The notes: generated by a model from the sequence alone, not told the origin. Positions 28,154 to 38,308 are shown, counted from the stretch's first letter. The stretch is 64,000 nt of DNA from Chitinophagales bacterium (GCA_038227505.1 JBBRPX010000001.1:1067-65066), one strand, 5' to 3'. Translations and numbers: made by a program.

Positions 28154-30937
28154 ATGATGGAAAATTTGATTTATGTGGTACCTGCAATGGGCATTGTAGG
28201 CTTGTTGTACACTTTTGTAAAGTATGCTTGGGTATCTAAACAAGATGCAGGTAACGAACGAATGAAAGAAATAAGCACTTACATAGCAGAAGGTGCTATG
28301 GCTTTTTTAAAGGCTGAGTATAAAATTCTGACTTACTTCGTCATCATTGGTGCATTGTTGTTGGGTGTTATGGGCTATACAAATTCAAATAGCCATTGGA
28401 GTATTGCTGTAGCATTTATATTAGGTGCTTTTTTTAGTGCATTGGCCGGTTTTGTGGGTATGAAGATTGCCACTAAAGCCAACGTGCGTACTGCGCAGGC
28501 GGCTCGTACAAGTTTAAGCAAAGCTTTATCTGTTTCGTTTACCGGTGGTAGCGTAATGGGTATGGGTGTGGCAGGTTTGGCAGTACTTGGTTTAGGTGGA
28601 TTATACATCATTTTAAAAATGGTTTTTGCTCCGGGTGCAGCGGTTAATAGTGTAGAGATGGAGCGTACCATAGAAATATTAACGGGCTTTTCTTTAGGTG
28701 CAGAGTCTATTGCATTGTTTGCTAGAGTTGGTGGTGGTATTTACACAAAAGCGGCAGATGTGGGTGCGGATCTTGTAGGAAAAGTTGAAGCAGGTATACC
28801 GGAAGATGATCCTCGTAACCCTGCAACAATTGCTGATAATGTTGGAGACAACGTAGGTGATGTGGCAGGAATGGGTGCAGATTTATTTGGTAGTTATGTG
28901 GCAACGGTTTTGGCCACGATGGTTTTGGGTAGAGAAGTTTTAGGAACTGATGGAAACCCTGTCATTGATATGTTTGGTGGATTTTCTCCTATTTTATTAC
29001 CCATGATGATAGCAGCAATGGGAATTATATTTTCTATTATTGGTACATTTTTCGTTCGTATAAGTGAGACTGCAGGTTTGAGTACGCACAAAGTTCAAAA
29101 TGCTTTGAATATGGGTAACTGGGGTAGCATGGTTTTAACGGCAATTGGTTGTTACTTTTTAGTGCAATTTTTAATGCCGGATGTATCGATGACATTACGC
29201 AATGTTCCCTTCACAAAAAACCAGGTATTTGGTGCCATTATGGTGGGGCTTGCAGTAGGTGCATTAATGAGTATTATAACAGAATATTACACAGCAATGG
29301 GTAAGCGTCCGGTGATGAGTATCATTCGCCAGAGCGCAACAGGACACGCAACAAATATTATTGGTGGATTAGCAGTTGGTATGGAAAGTACTTTGCTTCC
29401 CATATTGGTTTTAGCTGCGGGTATTTACGGTTCATATTATTGTGCAGGGTTGTACGGTGTTGCAATAGCTGCAGCAGGTATGATGGCTACAACAGCTATG
29501 CAGTTGGCTATTGATGCATTTGGACCAATTGCAGATAATGCGGGCGGTATTGCTGAAATGAGTGAACTACCAGCTGATGTACGTGAGAAAACAGATATTT
29601 TAGATGCCGTTGGTAATACGACTGCAGCTAGTGGTAAAGGATTTGCGATTGCTTCTGCGGCATTAACGGCGTTGGCATTGTTTGCAGCTTTTGTTGGTAT
29701 TGCAAAAATTGATGGTATTGATATTTATCATGCTGATGTGCTTGCAGGTTTGTTTGTGGGTGGCATGATTCCGTTTATATTTTCATCGTTGGCTATTAAA
29801 GCTGTAGGTGAAGCTGCGATGGCAATGGTGGAAGAAGTTCGTCGCCAGTTCCGTACCATTCCAGGTATTATGGAAGGTACAGGAAAACCGGAGTATGATA
29901 AGTGTGTGGCTATTTCTACTGAAGCGTCTTTAAAGAAGATGATGTTGCCCGGTGCAATTGCTATTTTATCGCCACTTATTATTGGTTTCGTTTTTGGTCC
30001 TGAAGTGTTGGGTGGTTTTCTTGCAGGTGCTACAGTTTGTGGTGTGTTGATGGGAATATTTCAAAACAACGCAGGTGGTGCATGGGATAACGCTAAAAAA
30101 TCTTTTGAAAAAGGTGTTGATATAAATGGTACGATGTATTACAAAAAATCAGAACCACACAAGGCTTCTGTAACGGGTGATACAGTTGGTGATCCTTTTA
30201 AAGATACATCTGGTCCATCAATGAATATCTTAATTAAATTGATGAGTATTGTTAGCTTGGTGATAGCTCCTACCCTAGCAAAATTACATCATGATAAAAT
30301 AGAATTGAGAAGGAAAGAAACTCTGGATATGCTAATGAAAAAAACTGCTGTGACTGTTGCCGTTCCGCTTGAAGAAAAAGGATTGGTGAGAGACGCTAAT
30401 ACTATAGAAGGAAATACTGCCACTGGTGTTGTTGCCGGCACAGTAAATGCAGCAGGCGATTACGTTTACAATACTGGGGCCGTAAAAGTTATCGACTTGC
30501 CAAACGACGCAAGAATATCTTTAGGTGTGGGGAGTGATTTATATAAAATGCACGAAAAGATTAAGGTTAATGATGCTACGTTGTTAGATAAAAATTCATG
30601 GTTTACTTTAGAAGATCTTTACTTTCAGAGTGGAAGTAACAAATTAAAAGCTTCATCTGAAACAGGATTAAAAAATTTATATGAGATTGCTACCTGTTAC
30701 AACCTAAACGTAAAACTTGGTGGTTATACAGATAATAGTGGTGACAGCATAAAAAATGTTACTTTAAGCCAGCAACGGGCAGAAACTGCAAAAGCGTCTT
30801 TAGTAAAAATGGGTTTAGCTGCAGAAAGAATTGAAACGGAAGGCTACGGACCAATGCACCCAAAATGTGTTACTGATAATTCCGCAGAGTGTTTGGCTCA
30901 AAACAGAAGAATTGATGTAAGGATTACAAAGAAATAA
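28154..30937 (+). CDS. hppA: K+-dependent membrane-bound ion-translocating pyrophosphatase fused to a C-terminal OmpA-like domain
   Basis: [41 protein letters not shown] and [10 protein letters not shown] motifs; C-terminal GYTDNSG…N..LSQQRA…NRRIDV OmpA motif. Confidence 0.93.
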   Translation: MMENLIYVVPAMGIVGLLYTFVKYAWVSKQDAGNERMKEISTYIAEGAMAFLKAEYKILTYFVIIGALLLGVMGYTNSNSHWSIAVAFILGAFFSALAGFVGMKIATKANVRTAQAARTSLSKALSVSFTGGSVMGMGVAGLAVLGLGGLYIILKMVFAPGAAVNSVEMERTIEILTGFSLGAESIALFARVGGGIYTKAADVGADLVGKVEAGIPEDDPRNPATIADNVGDNVGDVAGMGADLFGSYVATVLATMVLGREVLGTDGNPVIDMFGGFSPILLPMMIAAMGIIFSIIGTFFVRISETAGLSTHKVQNALNMGNWGSMVLTAIGCYFLVQFLMPDVSMTLRNVPFTKNQVFGAIMVGLAVGALMSIITEYYTAMGKRPVMSIIRQSATGHATNIIGGLAVGMESTLLPILVLAAGIYGSYYCAGLYGVAIAAAGMMATTAMQLAIDAFGPIADNAGGIAEMSELPADVREKTDILDAVGNTTAASGKGFAIASAALTALALFAAFVGIAKIDGIDIYHADVLAGLFVGGMIPFIFSSLAIKAVGEAAMAMVEEVRRQFRTIPGIMEGTGKPEYDKCVAISTEASLKKMMLPGAIAILSPLIIGFVFGPEVLGGFLAGATVCGVLMGIFQNNAGGAWDNAKKSFEKGVDINGTMYYKKSEPHKASVTGDTVGDPFKDTSGPSMNILIKLMSIVSLVIAPTLAKLHHDKIELRRKETLDMLMKKTAVTVAVPLEEKGLVRDANTIEGNTATGVVAGTVNAAGDYVYNTGAVKVIDLPNDARISLGVGSDLYKMHEKIKVNDATLLDKNSWFTLEDLYFQSGSNKLKASSETGLKNLYEIATCYNLNVKLGGYTDNSGDSIKNVTLSQQRAETAKASLVKMGLAAERIETEGYGPMHPKCVTDNSAECLAQNRRIDVRITKK

Positions 30938-30955
30938 GCGTAGAAAATAATTTGG

Positions 30956-30989
30956 AAAAACCTCCGGAATTGATTTTTGGAGGTTTTTT
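30956..30989. terminator. Bidirectional intrinsic terminator
   Basis: AAAAACCTCC…GGAGGTTTTT between convergent genes. Confidence 0.75.
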
Positions 30990-31086
30990 ATGCAATATCT
31001 TTTTTAAAGAACAATTTTAATTTGCAGATTATTGCGAGCTGCGAATACCTAACGGGACTTTTAGAAGAGGTAATTATTGTATGCAA

Positions 31087-31635
31087 CTACCCTATAACTT
31101 TTTTCGCCTGCTTAACATGCCTTTCAATATGATACACATAAAAACGAAGTGTATCGCCTAAGCGTAATTTTATAAATTTAGATAGTGAGATTGCCGTTTT
31201 TATTTTAGTAAGATCGGTAGTTGAAGCCTGTTGTAGTATGGATTGCAGCAGTTGTTCCTGTTTTAAAAATCGATCGAGCGTGGTAATCGACAATGTAGAA
31301 TTTACCGGATTTTTATCTTTCGGAGATTTCATTTTTTTTATTTTTCCGTTTTTTATTTTTATTAAACCGACAAAATAATCTCCCATCATACCTGGTTTAA
31401 AAACCTTAGAATCCTCTAGGTTTATCGAATCTAATAATTGCTTTTGCATTTCAGGTAAATAAAAATCACCGTAAAGGTTCAGGTGTTCTACACATTCTAA
31501 TATACTCCATTGCTCAGCGGTCTTTTTAAAGTTTAATTTATCGATGTCTAAATTTTTAAATTCTGTTACAGCAATAGTTGCTTGCTCCGTTAAACTTAAC
31601 AGTTCGGCAATGAGTTGTTCTTTGTTAATTATCAT
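31087..31635 (-). CDS. DinB family protein
   Basis: QWSILECVEHLNLY and HIERHVKQA motifs. Confidence 0.85.
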   Translation of the reverse strand: MIINKEQLIAELLSLTEQATIAVTEFKNLDIDKLNFKKTAEQWSILECVEHLNLYGDFYLPEMQKQLLDSINLEDSKVFKPGMMGDYFVGLIKIKNGKIKKMKSPKDKNPVNSTLSITTLDRFLKQEQLLQSILQQASTTDLTKIKTAISLSKFIKLRLGDTLRFYVYHIERHVKQAKKVIG

Positions 31636-31680
31636 AATAAATATTTTCTACAAAGATTGTTTAACCTAATTCAAACAGTT

Positions 31681-31694
31681 TTGATCCAAATCAA
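31681..31694. promoter_or_regulatory. FNR consensus box
   Basis: TTGAT-CCAA-ATCAA is an exact FNR consensus, overlapping the Crp stop codon and upstream of the DinB gene. Confidence 0.65.
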
Positions 31695-32228
31695 GATTTA
31701 CGTATTCGGCTAAGTGTTTCAGGTTTCATTCTAAGATAAGATGCAATGTATTTTAAAGGGATTTCTTGAAACAGATTAGGACTTGTAGCCAATGCCCTTT
31801 TCAGTCTTTCGATAGGTGAGGTAATGAGTAGATCTATTTCTCGATCTGTTTGTTGAGTTACCAAATTTTCTATCAAATATATATTGTTTTAAGCTATCGA
31901 TGCTTTCATGCAGCATTCTTTGAAGCTGCTCTTTCGAAAATCAACTTAACCTTGGCTTTTCTTATTGCTTCTATAAAAAAATCAGAGGGCGCCTGCTTAA
32001 TAAACGATGATAAAGAATTGATGAAAGAATCTTTATATCCCAATCGAATTACATGCTCTTCAAATTCATCAAATAAAAAATCCTTACTGCACCGGATTAT
32101 ACCCAATAAAGATTTTTCTCTATTTCCCCTTCTTTAATTAAAAAGTCATCTTTTGGAATGGTTCTAATTTCACCGATTTCGGTTAAAGAATCAATTAACT
32201 TATTAATAAACGGGAGTTCGTTTGACAT
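31691..32228 (-). pseudogene. Crp/Fnr family regulator pseudogene
   Basis: ATG 32228 gives MSNELPF…KEGEIEKNLYWV then TAA (32097-32099); the remainder is in other frames (…DEFEEHVIRLGY…; …IASYLRMKPETLSRIRKS), so it has a nonsense mutation plus at least two frameshifts. Confidence 0.85.
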
Positions 32229-32383
32229 GGTGATTATAAAAATACTGATTGTACTTCTTTTGGTAGAACCTACAGTGCTTCTTAAAAAACTACATTTTAA
32301 TATTTATAAAATTGACTAAATGCAATAATTTTTGAAACTTACAATTTCCTTTACGCTAATCATTTTCTAAAATATCTTTGCGA

Positions 32384-33319
32384 ATGACCAACTTGCAAAT
32401 CCTTTCAGTTACTAAATTATATTCTGAACCCTTACTCGGTAACTTCTCTTTAGAAAATATAAATTTTACCCAAGAGAAAATGGAGAAAATAGCTTTGATT
32501 GGTGAAACCGGTTCAGGTAAATCAACCCTATTGAAAACTATTGCAGGATTAATTCAACCAAAAAGTGGAACCATACTTTTTGAAGGCTACAAAGTAAAAG
32601 GACCAAACTGGCAATTGGTAGGAGGACAAAAGGGAATTGCTTACCTATCTCAACATTTTGAATTGCTCAACAATTATAGAATGGAAGAATTGTTGGGTTA
32701 TGCCAATGAATTAACAAGTGATGAAGCAAATGAATTGTTTAAGATGTGCAGAATAGATCATTTGATGAAAAGAAATTCATATGAACTTTCAGGTGGCGAA
32801 AAACAAAGAATTGCGCTTGCACGTTTACTTATAACTAAACCTAAACTTTTAATTTTAGATGAACCATATTCTAACCTCGATTTAATTCATAGAAATATTT
32901 TAAAGCAAGTAGTTGAAGACGTTTGCAATAAATATCAAATTTCTTGCATCCTTACATCTCACGAGCCTGCAGATGTGTTGCCTTGGGCAAATAAAATTCT
33001 CGTTTTAAAAAATGGAAAAATTATACAGGAAGGCACTGCCAAAAACATTTACAAAAAAGCAGTGAATGAGTATACTGCAGCATTGCTGGGAAGTTACAAC
33101 TTGCTTGATGCCAAGATATTTGGTGAAAGTTTGTTGATTAGACCTGAGGCTATTTTAATAACCGATGATATATCTGAAGAATTTAATGGTACAGTTATAG
33201 ACGTACACTTTATGGGCAGTTATTACGAGATATACATCAAAATAAAAACGCAAATAATTAGGGTGAAAACAACCAATGGTCAAATATATATTAATGATAA
33301 AGTCGGTATATACTTTTAA
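32384..33319 (+). CDS. ABC transporter ATP-binding protein
   Basis: GETGSGKS, LSGGEKQR and LDEP motifs; TATCTTTG -7 element at 32373-32380 supports ATG 32384. Confidence 0.92.
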   Translation: MTNLQILSVTKLYSEPLLGNFSLENINFTQEKMEKIALIGETGSGKSTLLKTIAGLIQPKSGTILFEGYKVKGPNWQLVGGQKGIAYLSQHFELLNNYRMEELLGYANELTSDEANELFKMCRIDHLMKRNSYELSGGEKQRIALARLLITKPKLLILDEPYSNLDLIHRNILKQVVEDVCNKYQISCILTSHEPADVLPWANKILVLKNGKIIQEGTAKNIYKKAVNEYTAALLGSYNLLDAKIFGESLLIRPEAILITDDISEEFNGTVIDVHFMGSYYEIYIKIKTQIIRVKTTNGQIYINDKVGIYF

Positions 33320-33374
33320 GGTGATTTAACTAACCGCCTGGCAAACCTCCATTTTTAAAAATTAATTTTTCATT

Positions 33375-33415
33375 TGCGAACAAAATCGTAACGTTGTTAT
33401 ACGAATTAAATCGTA
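33375..33415. promoter_or_regulatory. Two putative BlaI-type operators
   Basis: TGCGA-N6-TCGTA (33375-33390) and TACGA-N6-TCGTA (33400-33415) directly before the BlaI-family start codon. Confidence 0.65.
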
Positions 33416-33418
33416 ATA

Positions 33419-33805
33419 ATGAAAAAAAGTAAAAATTTTAAACCAACAGGAAGCGAGTTAGAAATACTTGCCGTGCTTTGGGCAAATAAATCAGCCACTG
33501 TAAGGACCGTGCACGAAGAGCTTACAAAAACAAAAGAAGCCGGATACACTACTACCCTAAAATTGATGCAGATAATGCACGAAAAAGGATTGGTTACAAG
33601 AAATACGGAAAGTAAAACACATATTTATATTCCTGCCATTGACAAACAAAAAACCCAACTGCAAATTGTAAATAAAATGATCAGCAGTTTATTTGCCGGG
33701 TCTTCTGCCGATATGGTGATGCAGGCTTTGGGTGGTAACAAAAACACTGACGCAGAGTTAAAACAAATTGAGGCACTAATAGAAACTTTAAAAGCAAAAA
33801 AATAA
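33419..33805 (+). CDS. BlaI/MecI/CopY family repressor
   Basis: PTGSELEILAVLW…TVRTV…YTTTLKLMQIMHEKG winged helix. Confidence 0.95.
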   Translation: MKKSKNFKPTGSELEILAVLWANKSATVRTVHEELTKTKEAGYTTTLKLMQIMHEKGLVTRNTESKTHIYIPAIDKQKTQLQIVNKMISSLFAGSSADMVMQALGGNKNTDAELKQIEALIETLKAKK

Positions 33806-33817
33806 AAGTTTGAAAAA

Positions 33818-35206
33818 ATGACTTTCTTTTACTCATTTTTAGAAACCTTATTACACAGCATTTGGCAGACTGCTTTACTTTTGTGCGTCTATCTATTCGT
33901 AATTAACATTGCAAGAAATTACCATCCTTTACAAAAAAGAAATTTTTTATACCTCTTATTACTCTCCCAGTTTTGTGTTTCAGTTGTTACATTTATAAGT
34001 TTTTTTTACGGTTACAATTTTGCAGTAACAATTGGATTTACAACTCCCTTTCAAAACACTCAATTATTACTTTTTAATAGTTACGATGGAGTGATTTTCA
34101 CGTTCTATTTATTTGTAGTTCTAGTCAAAATTTTACAGACAGGAATCCAGTGGTCAGTTTTTAAAAAAGGCTATTTGCAAGAAGTAGTCAGACCTACGGC
34201 CTGCCTAAAAGTATTTACTGAGTTTCATTCACATCAATTAAACTTAAAGAAAAAGGTTACGCTATGGTTTAGCCATGCAATAAAAACGCCTGTGACTTTT
34301 GGTTTTTTTAAGCCTGTTATTTTACTACCAATATCTTTGTTAAATAATATTACAACCCTGCAGGCAGAAATTATAATTCTTCATGAACTTATACATATTA
34401 AAAGCCGAGATTATTTATTCAATTGGTTTTTACTGTTTATGGAAACGATTTATTTCTTTAATCCATTTATAAAAATAGCAGCAGAGATGCTTAAATTAGA
34501 AAGGGAAAAAAACTGCGATATACAAGTATTAAATTATCAGTATAGCAATATTAAATATGCAGAAACCTTGTATGAAATAGCCCAAAACAATACTTTCTTA
34601 AAAAGATTTCATTTAGGTGTTTTTAAAAACAGTTCACAGCTATATAAGCGTATAAGCTTTTTTTCGGAACATAGAAATAGAGGCTTTAAAAACTTGAATT
34701 ATTTCTCTTTAATTTTTTTCGCATTTTTATTAACAGGGTCTATTTGTTTTTTTATGTTAGCAAAAACTTCATCCACAAATACCTTGTTCACAAATGCACC
34801 CACAAACGCTTTTGAAGAACTGTATCAAAAAAATAAAATAATTACACTCCCTCTTTATGAAGAAGAAATGAGTATATCTAAGAAAAATAAATATTTATCC
34901 GTTAGAAAAGCGAAAAGGAATATTGCTAAAGATTTAACTAAAACATCAGTTCTAGATTTTGCAAAAGATGAGAATCAAACATCCTACATACCGGTATCTT
35001 TACAGGAAACAACAGATAGTAGCAAAGAGGTTATTTACTATATAGAAGGTAATAAAACTACCATTACCCAATCCTACAAGGTGATAAGACGAAATGGCAT
35101 TTTGGTTTTTGAACCTCAATGGATGATTAAAGTAACAAGGGACAGTACTTCTCCGAAAATGAAGATTGATTCTACTGTTTTAATTCAAATTAAAGAAATT
35201 CAATAA
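33818..35206 (+). CDS. M56 (BlaR1-like) membrane metallopeptidase
   Basis: LHSIWQ start, PVTFGFFKPVILLP, HELIHIK zinc motif, EREKNCD. Confidence 0.9.
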   Translation: MTFFYSFLETLLHSIWQTALLLCVYLFVINIARNYHPLQKRNFLYLLLLSQFCVSVVTFISFFYGYNFAVTIGFTTPFQNTQLLLFNSYDGVIFTFYLFVVLVKILQTGIQWSVFKKGYLQEVVRPTACLKVFTEFHSHQLNLKKKVTLWFSHAIKTPVTFGFFKPVILLPISLLNNITTLQAEIIILHELIHIKSRDYLFNWFLLFMETIYFFNPFIKIAAEMLKLEREKNCDIQVLNYQYSNIKYAETLYEIAQNNTFLKRFHLGVFKNSSQLYKRISFFSEHRNRGFKNLNYFSLIFFAFLLTGSICFFMLAKTSSTNTLFTNAPTNAFEELYQKNKIITLPLYEEEMSISKKNKYLSVRKAKRNIAKDLTKTSVLDFAKDENQTSYIPVSLQETTDSSKEVIYYIEGNKTTITQSYKVIRRNGILVFEPQWMIKVTRDSTSPKMKIDSTVLIQIKEIQ

Positions 35207-35274
35207 AAAGATTATCCTAATTATTTGTAAGGCTCCCCTAAATAATCGTCGCAAACCGAATTAAGGAAATTGTT

Positions 35275-35301
35275 TGTACTTCGTATACTCAGCGAAGTAC
35301 A
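35275..35301. promoter_or_regulatory. Palindrome next to the -7 element of the photolyase operon
   Basis: TGTACTTCG-N9-CGAAGTACA, followed by TAAATTTG at 35308-35315. Confidence 0.5.
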
Positions 35302-35359
35302 TATATGTAAATTTGTAAAATAACAATGCTAATAAATTAAAAACAGTTGCAACTTTAAA

Positions 35360-35659
35360 ATGAAACCAACACCCTCTTCCTCAGAACTTTCGCTCATTGA
35401 TATTGACCGTGTAATAGAAATGGCATGGGAGGATCGCACTCCTTTTGAAGCTATTGAATTTCAGTTTGGCTTAAGCGAGATGGAGACAGTAGCGCTCATG
35501 AGGAAGAATTTAAAGCGAAGCAGTTTTAATCTATGGCGCAAGCGCACACACAGTGGAGTGAGCCAAAAACATCTTGCAAAAAGAGTAGATGGAATAAACA
35601 GGTTTAAATGCACGTTGCAAAAAACCATCAGTATGAATAAAATAAGTAAAAGGCGATGA
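35360..35659 (+). CDS. TIGR03643 family protein
   Basis: DRVIEMAWEDRTPFEAIEFQFGL…WRKR motif; overlaps the next gene (ATGA). Confidence 0.85.
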   Translation: MKPTPSSSELSLIDIDRVIEMAWEDRTPFEAIEFQFGLSEMETVALMRKNLKRSSFNLWRKRTHSGVSQKHLAKRVDGINRFKCTLQKTISMNKISKRR

Positions 35660-36774
35660 GTAAAAGGGTTGAATACGATTTTCCAACTGAATGGGAAAGT
35701 ATTTTAAAAAGAATAGATGAAATAGATCCAGTAAAATACGCTAGAAGCCGCAACTTTATCGATGGTGATGTTACCTACTTATCACCATACATTTCCCGTG
35801 GTGTAATTAGTATAAAAATGGTGAAAGACCTCATTTTTAAGCGAGGTTATAAATTGTACGAAATAGAAAAATTTATACAAGAGTTAGCGTGGCGTGAGTA
35901 TTGGCAGCGTATCTGGCAAAGCAAAGGAGATGACATTTTACTTGACCTTAAACAAACCCAGCCCGATTTTTTACACAAAAAATTACCCGTTGCAGTTTTA
36001 AATCATCAGACCCGAATTGATGCTGTAGACAATTATATTGAACAGCTTTATGAGCAAGGCTACATGCACAATCATATAAGAATGTATTTGGCAAGTATAG
36101 TTTGCAATATTGGCAAATCACATTGGCTATTGCCTGCTCAGTGGTTGTATTTTAATTTGCTGGATGGTGATATTGCGAGCAACCACCTTAGCTGGCAATG
36201 GACTTGTGGAAGCGCCTCATCAAAAAAATATTATTGTGATCAGGCAAACATCAGCAAGTATACCGGCAGCAACCAGAGAAAATCTTTTTTGGCTGAAGAC
36301 TATGAAACACTAGCAGAGATGGCTGTGCCGGAAGTCTTAAAAGAAACTATTGTTCCAGATTTTATTACAACCTTACCTGAAACAACTATTTTAGATATTG
36401 ACTGTACTAAACCAACTTGTATTTATAACAGTTATAATTTAGATCCGCTTTGGAGAAAAGACGAAGATGTTAATCGCATACTTCTTTTAGAACCATCGCA
36501 TTTTAAGAAATATCCTGTAAGTGAAAAAGTAATAGATTTTATTTTACAACTTTCAAAAAACATCCCCAACTTAATAATTTTTAAGGGAGAGTTTAAAGAA
36601 ATTAGTGCGCTTTACGACAATAAAAAAGATGAAATAATTTATAAAGAGCACCCAGCGTTCATTCACTATAAAGGTAAATGTGATAGTAGAGAGTGGCTTG
36701 CACCATCGGTAACAGGGAATTTCAATTCATTTTTTTCATTCTGGAAAAAAGCGGAGAAGGAAATAAGCAGATAG
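35656..36774 (+). CDS. Photolyase/cryptochrome-family protein with N-terminal FAD-binding domain (NewPHL-like inverted domain order)
   Basis: LSPYISRG, ELAWREYW, GYMHNHIRMY, LLDGDIASNHLSWQW in the N-terminal half; short alpha/beta C-terminal domain. Confidence 0.8.
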   Translation: MSKRVEYDFPTEWESILKRIDEIDPVKYARSRNFIDGDVTYLSPYISRGVISIKMVKDLIFKRGYKLYEIEKFIQELAWREYWQRIWQSKGDDILLDLKQTQPDFLHKKLPVAVLNHQTRIDAVDNYIEQLYEQGYMHNHIRMYLASIVCNIGKSHWLLPAQWLYFNLLDGDIASNHLSWQWTCGSASSKKYYCDQANISKYTGSNQRKSFLAEDYETLAEMAVPEVLKETIVPDFITTLPETTILDIDCTKPTCIYNSYNLDPLWRKDEDVNRILLLEPSHFKKYPVSEKVIDFILQLSKNIPNLIIFKGEFKEISALYDNKKDEIIYKEHPAFIHYKGKCDSREWLAPSVTGNFNSFFSFWKKAEKEISR

Positions 36775-36996
36775 AATTAGATGTTCTTAGAAAGTCTAAA
36801 CTCATGTATTTCTACATATGGTCAATATTAATTAGTAACCTCATTTTAGGTTTTCTAACTAGAAATATTAACTTTAAATGGTTAATATTATACCCAAGAT
36901 GATGATAAATTCTTCATTATATAACGTAGATAGGTGGTTAGATAATTTTGGCACTTTTTTTTAATTATAGAAGGTTTTCAACCTAAATTCATTTCT

Positions 36997-37215
36997 ATGT
37001 TTAAGATTATCAAAGCAAATTCAAAATAGTTTTCATTACTTTTTTCTTCTCTCGTTCTATCTGTTTTATCTTTTGCGCAGGATAAAAAGATTGATGTAAG
37101 TATAAATACAAAAAGCGATAGTTCTAATGTGTTTATGCAACCATGGGTGTGGGTTGTTAGTGTAGCCCTTTTTATATTACTGTTAGTAGCTTCACTTAGA
37201 GGAAAGAAAGACTAA
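36997..37215 (+). pseudogene. Small secreted/membrane protein with an in-frame TAG (absent from the ORF track)
   Basis: MFKIIKANSK*FSLLFSSLVLSVLSFAQDKKIDVSINTKSDSSNVFMQPWVWVVSVALFILLLVASLRGKKD; TAG at 37027-37029; terminator follows. Confidence 0.65.
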
Positions 37216-37223
37216 ATATTTAC

Positions 37224-37253
37224 AAAAAACTGCTCTATTTAGAGCAGTTTTTT
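37224..37253. terminator. Bidirectional intrinsic terminator
   Basis: AAAAAACTGCTCT…AGAGCAGTTTTTT. Confidence 0.8.
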
Positions 37254-37279
37254 TAAGCAATTGAAGAAGTGCCGCTCCA

Positions 37280-38308
37280 CTAAAATACATTTCTAGGACA
37301 TGCATCGCTGTACTTGTTGCCCAAAGTAAATCCAACCATAATCTCATGGGTGTTGCCTGTGTAAGTTCTTAATCTACCGGTTGTGGCAACTTCGTAAGAA
37401 TAACCAACATTTAAGGTATTGGAAATATTAAAACCTGCGAGTGCTGAATAACCTGCAAGGAAATCTGAATATCGATAGCTACCGCCTACCCAGGCTTTAT
37501 CCATGTATTGTAGTTTTGCATTAAAATGGGCACCTAATAATTGTGGTTGCCAATACTGAAGCATGATAGAAGGAATGACAGTAAAATTTTCTCCTGCAGA
37601 AAAACGATAGCCTATCGTAGCAAAATAGTTAGGTGTATAATAGGTGCCGTACCTATTATTGGCAGTAAACTTGGCTTTGCCAGGAACAATGTTTAAAACT
37701 GAGATACCTGCAAAATACCTTGCAGAATACAACCACAGACCTACACCAATTTCAGGTTTTATTTTTCTCAGGTCACCGTTGGCTACACCAAAGGCTGGGT
37801 CGTTGTTTGGGTCTGAAAAGGTGGCTTTAGATGCATCTAAATTTATCCCGGAAATACCTAGGTTAAAACCGGCAGCAAGTGTCGTTTTAACACTTATTGG
37901 TATGTGGTAAGCATAAGAACCTGCAACTGACCATCTGTTTATGTAACCCGCTTTATCATTCATTGCATAAAAACCAATACCATGATGAGGTTTAGGCGCA
38001 GTATAGTCTTGCCAATATTGTTTACCACGGGGGTTTTGCCCAGGTACAGAAAAAGATGTCGCACTTGTTCTGTAGTCAGACTTGCCAATTGGTCCTTGAA
38101 CACTTATGTAAGATGTAACAGGTGCACCATTTATACCTGTCCATTGGTTCCTAAAACTTGCTTTTATATCTGTATAATTTTCTATGCCTGCAAGCGCAGG
38201 GTTAAGAATGTAATTATTTAAAACATATTGTGTGTACGCAGGTTTACCTTGAGCATCTGCAGCAATGGCATTTAAACTATACAGCATAGCCAACAATAAT
38301 TTCTTCAT
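37280..38308 (-). CDS. PorP/SprF family T9SS outer-membrane protein
   Basis: YTQYVLNNYILNPALAG…RNQWTG, GYSYE…GNTHEI and C-terminal CP motif; directly follows a type B CTD protein. Confidence 0.9.
   Translation of the reverse strand: MKKLLLAMLYSLNAIAADAQGKPAYTQYVLNNYILNPALAGIENYTDIKASFRNQWTGINGAPVTSYISVQGPIGKSDYRTSATSFSVPGQNPRGKQYWQDYTAPKPHHGIGFYAMNDKAGYINRWSVAGSYAYHIPISVKTTLAAGFNLGISGINLDASKATFSDPNNDPAFGVANGDLRKIKPEIGVGLWLYSARYFAGISVLNIVPGKAKFTANNRYGTYYTPNYFATIGYRFSAGENFTVIPSIMLQYWQPQLLGAHFNAKLQYMDKAWVGGSYRYSDFLAGYSALAGFNISNTLNVGYSYEVATTGRLRTYTGNTHEIMVGFTLGNKYSDACPRNVF

Noticed and set aside
16860-37029. Stop-codon reassignment explaining the in-frame TAA/TAG codons at 16860, 32097 and 37027
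   Set aside because: Core genes terminate normally at TAA, TAG and TGA and contain no internal stops; the lesions are sporadic and one gene also has frameshifts.
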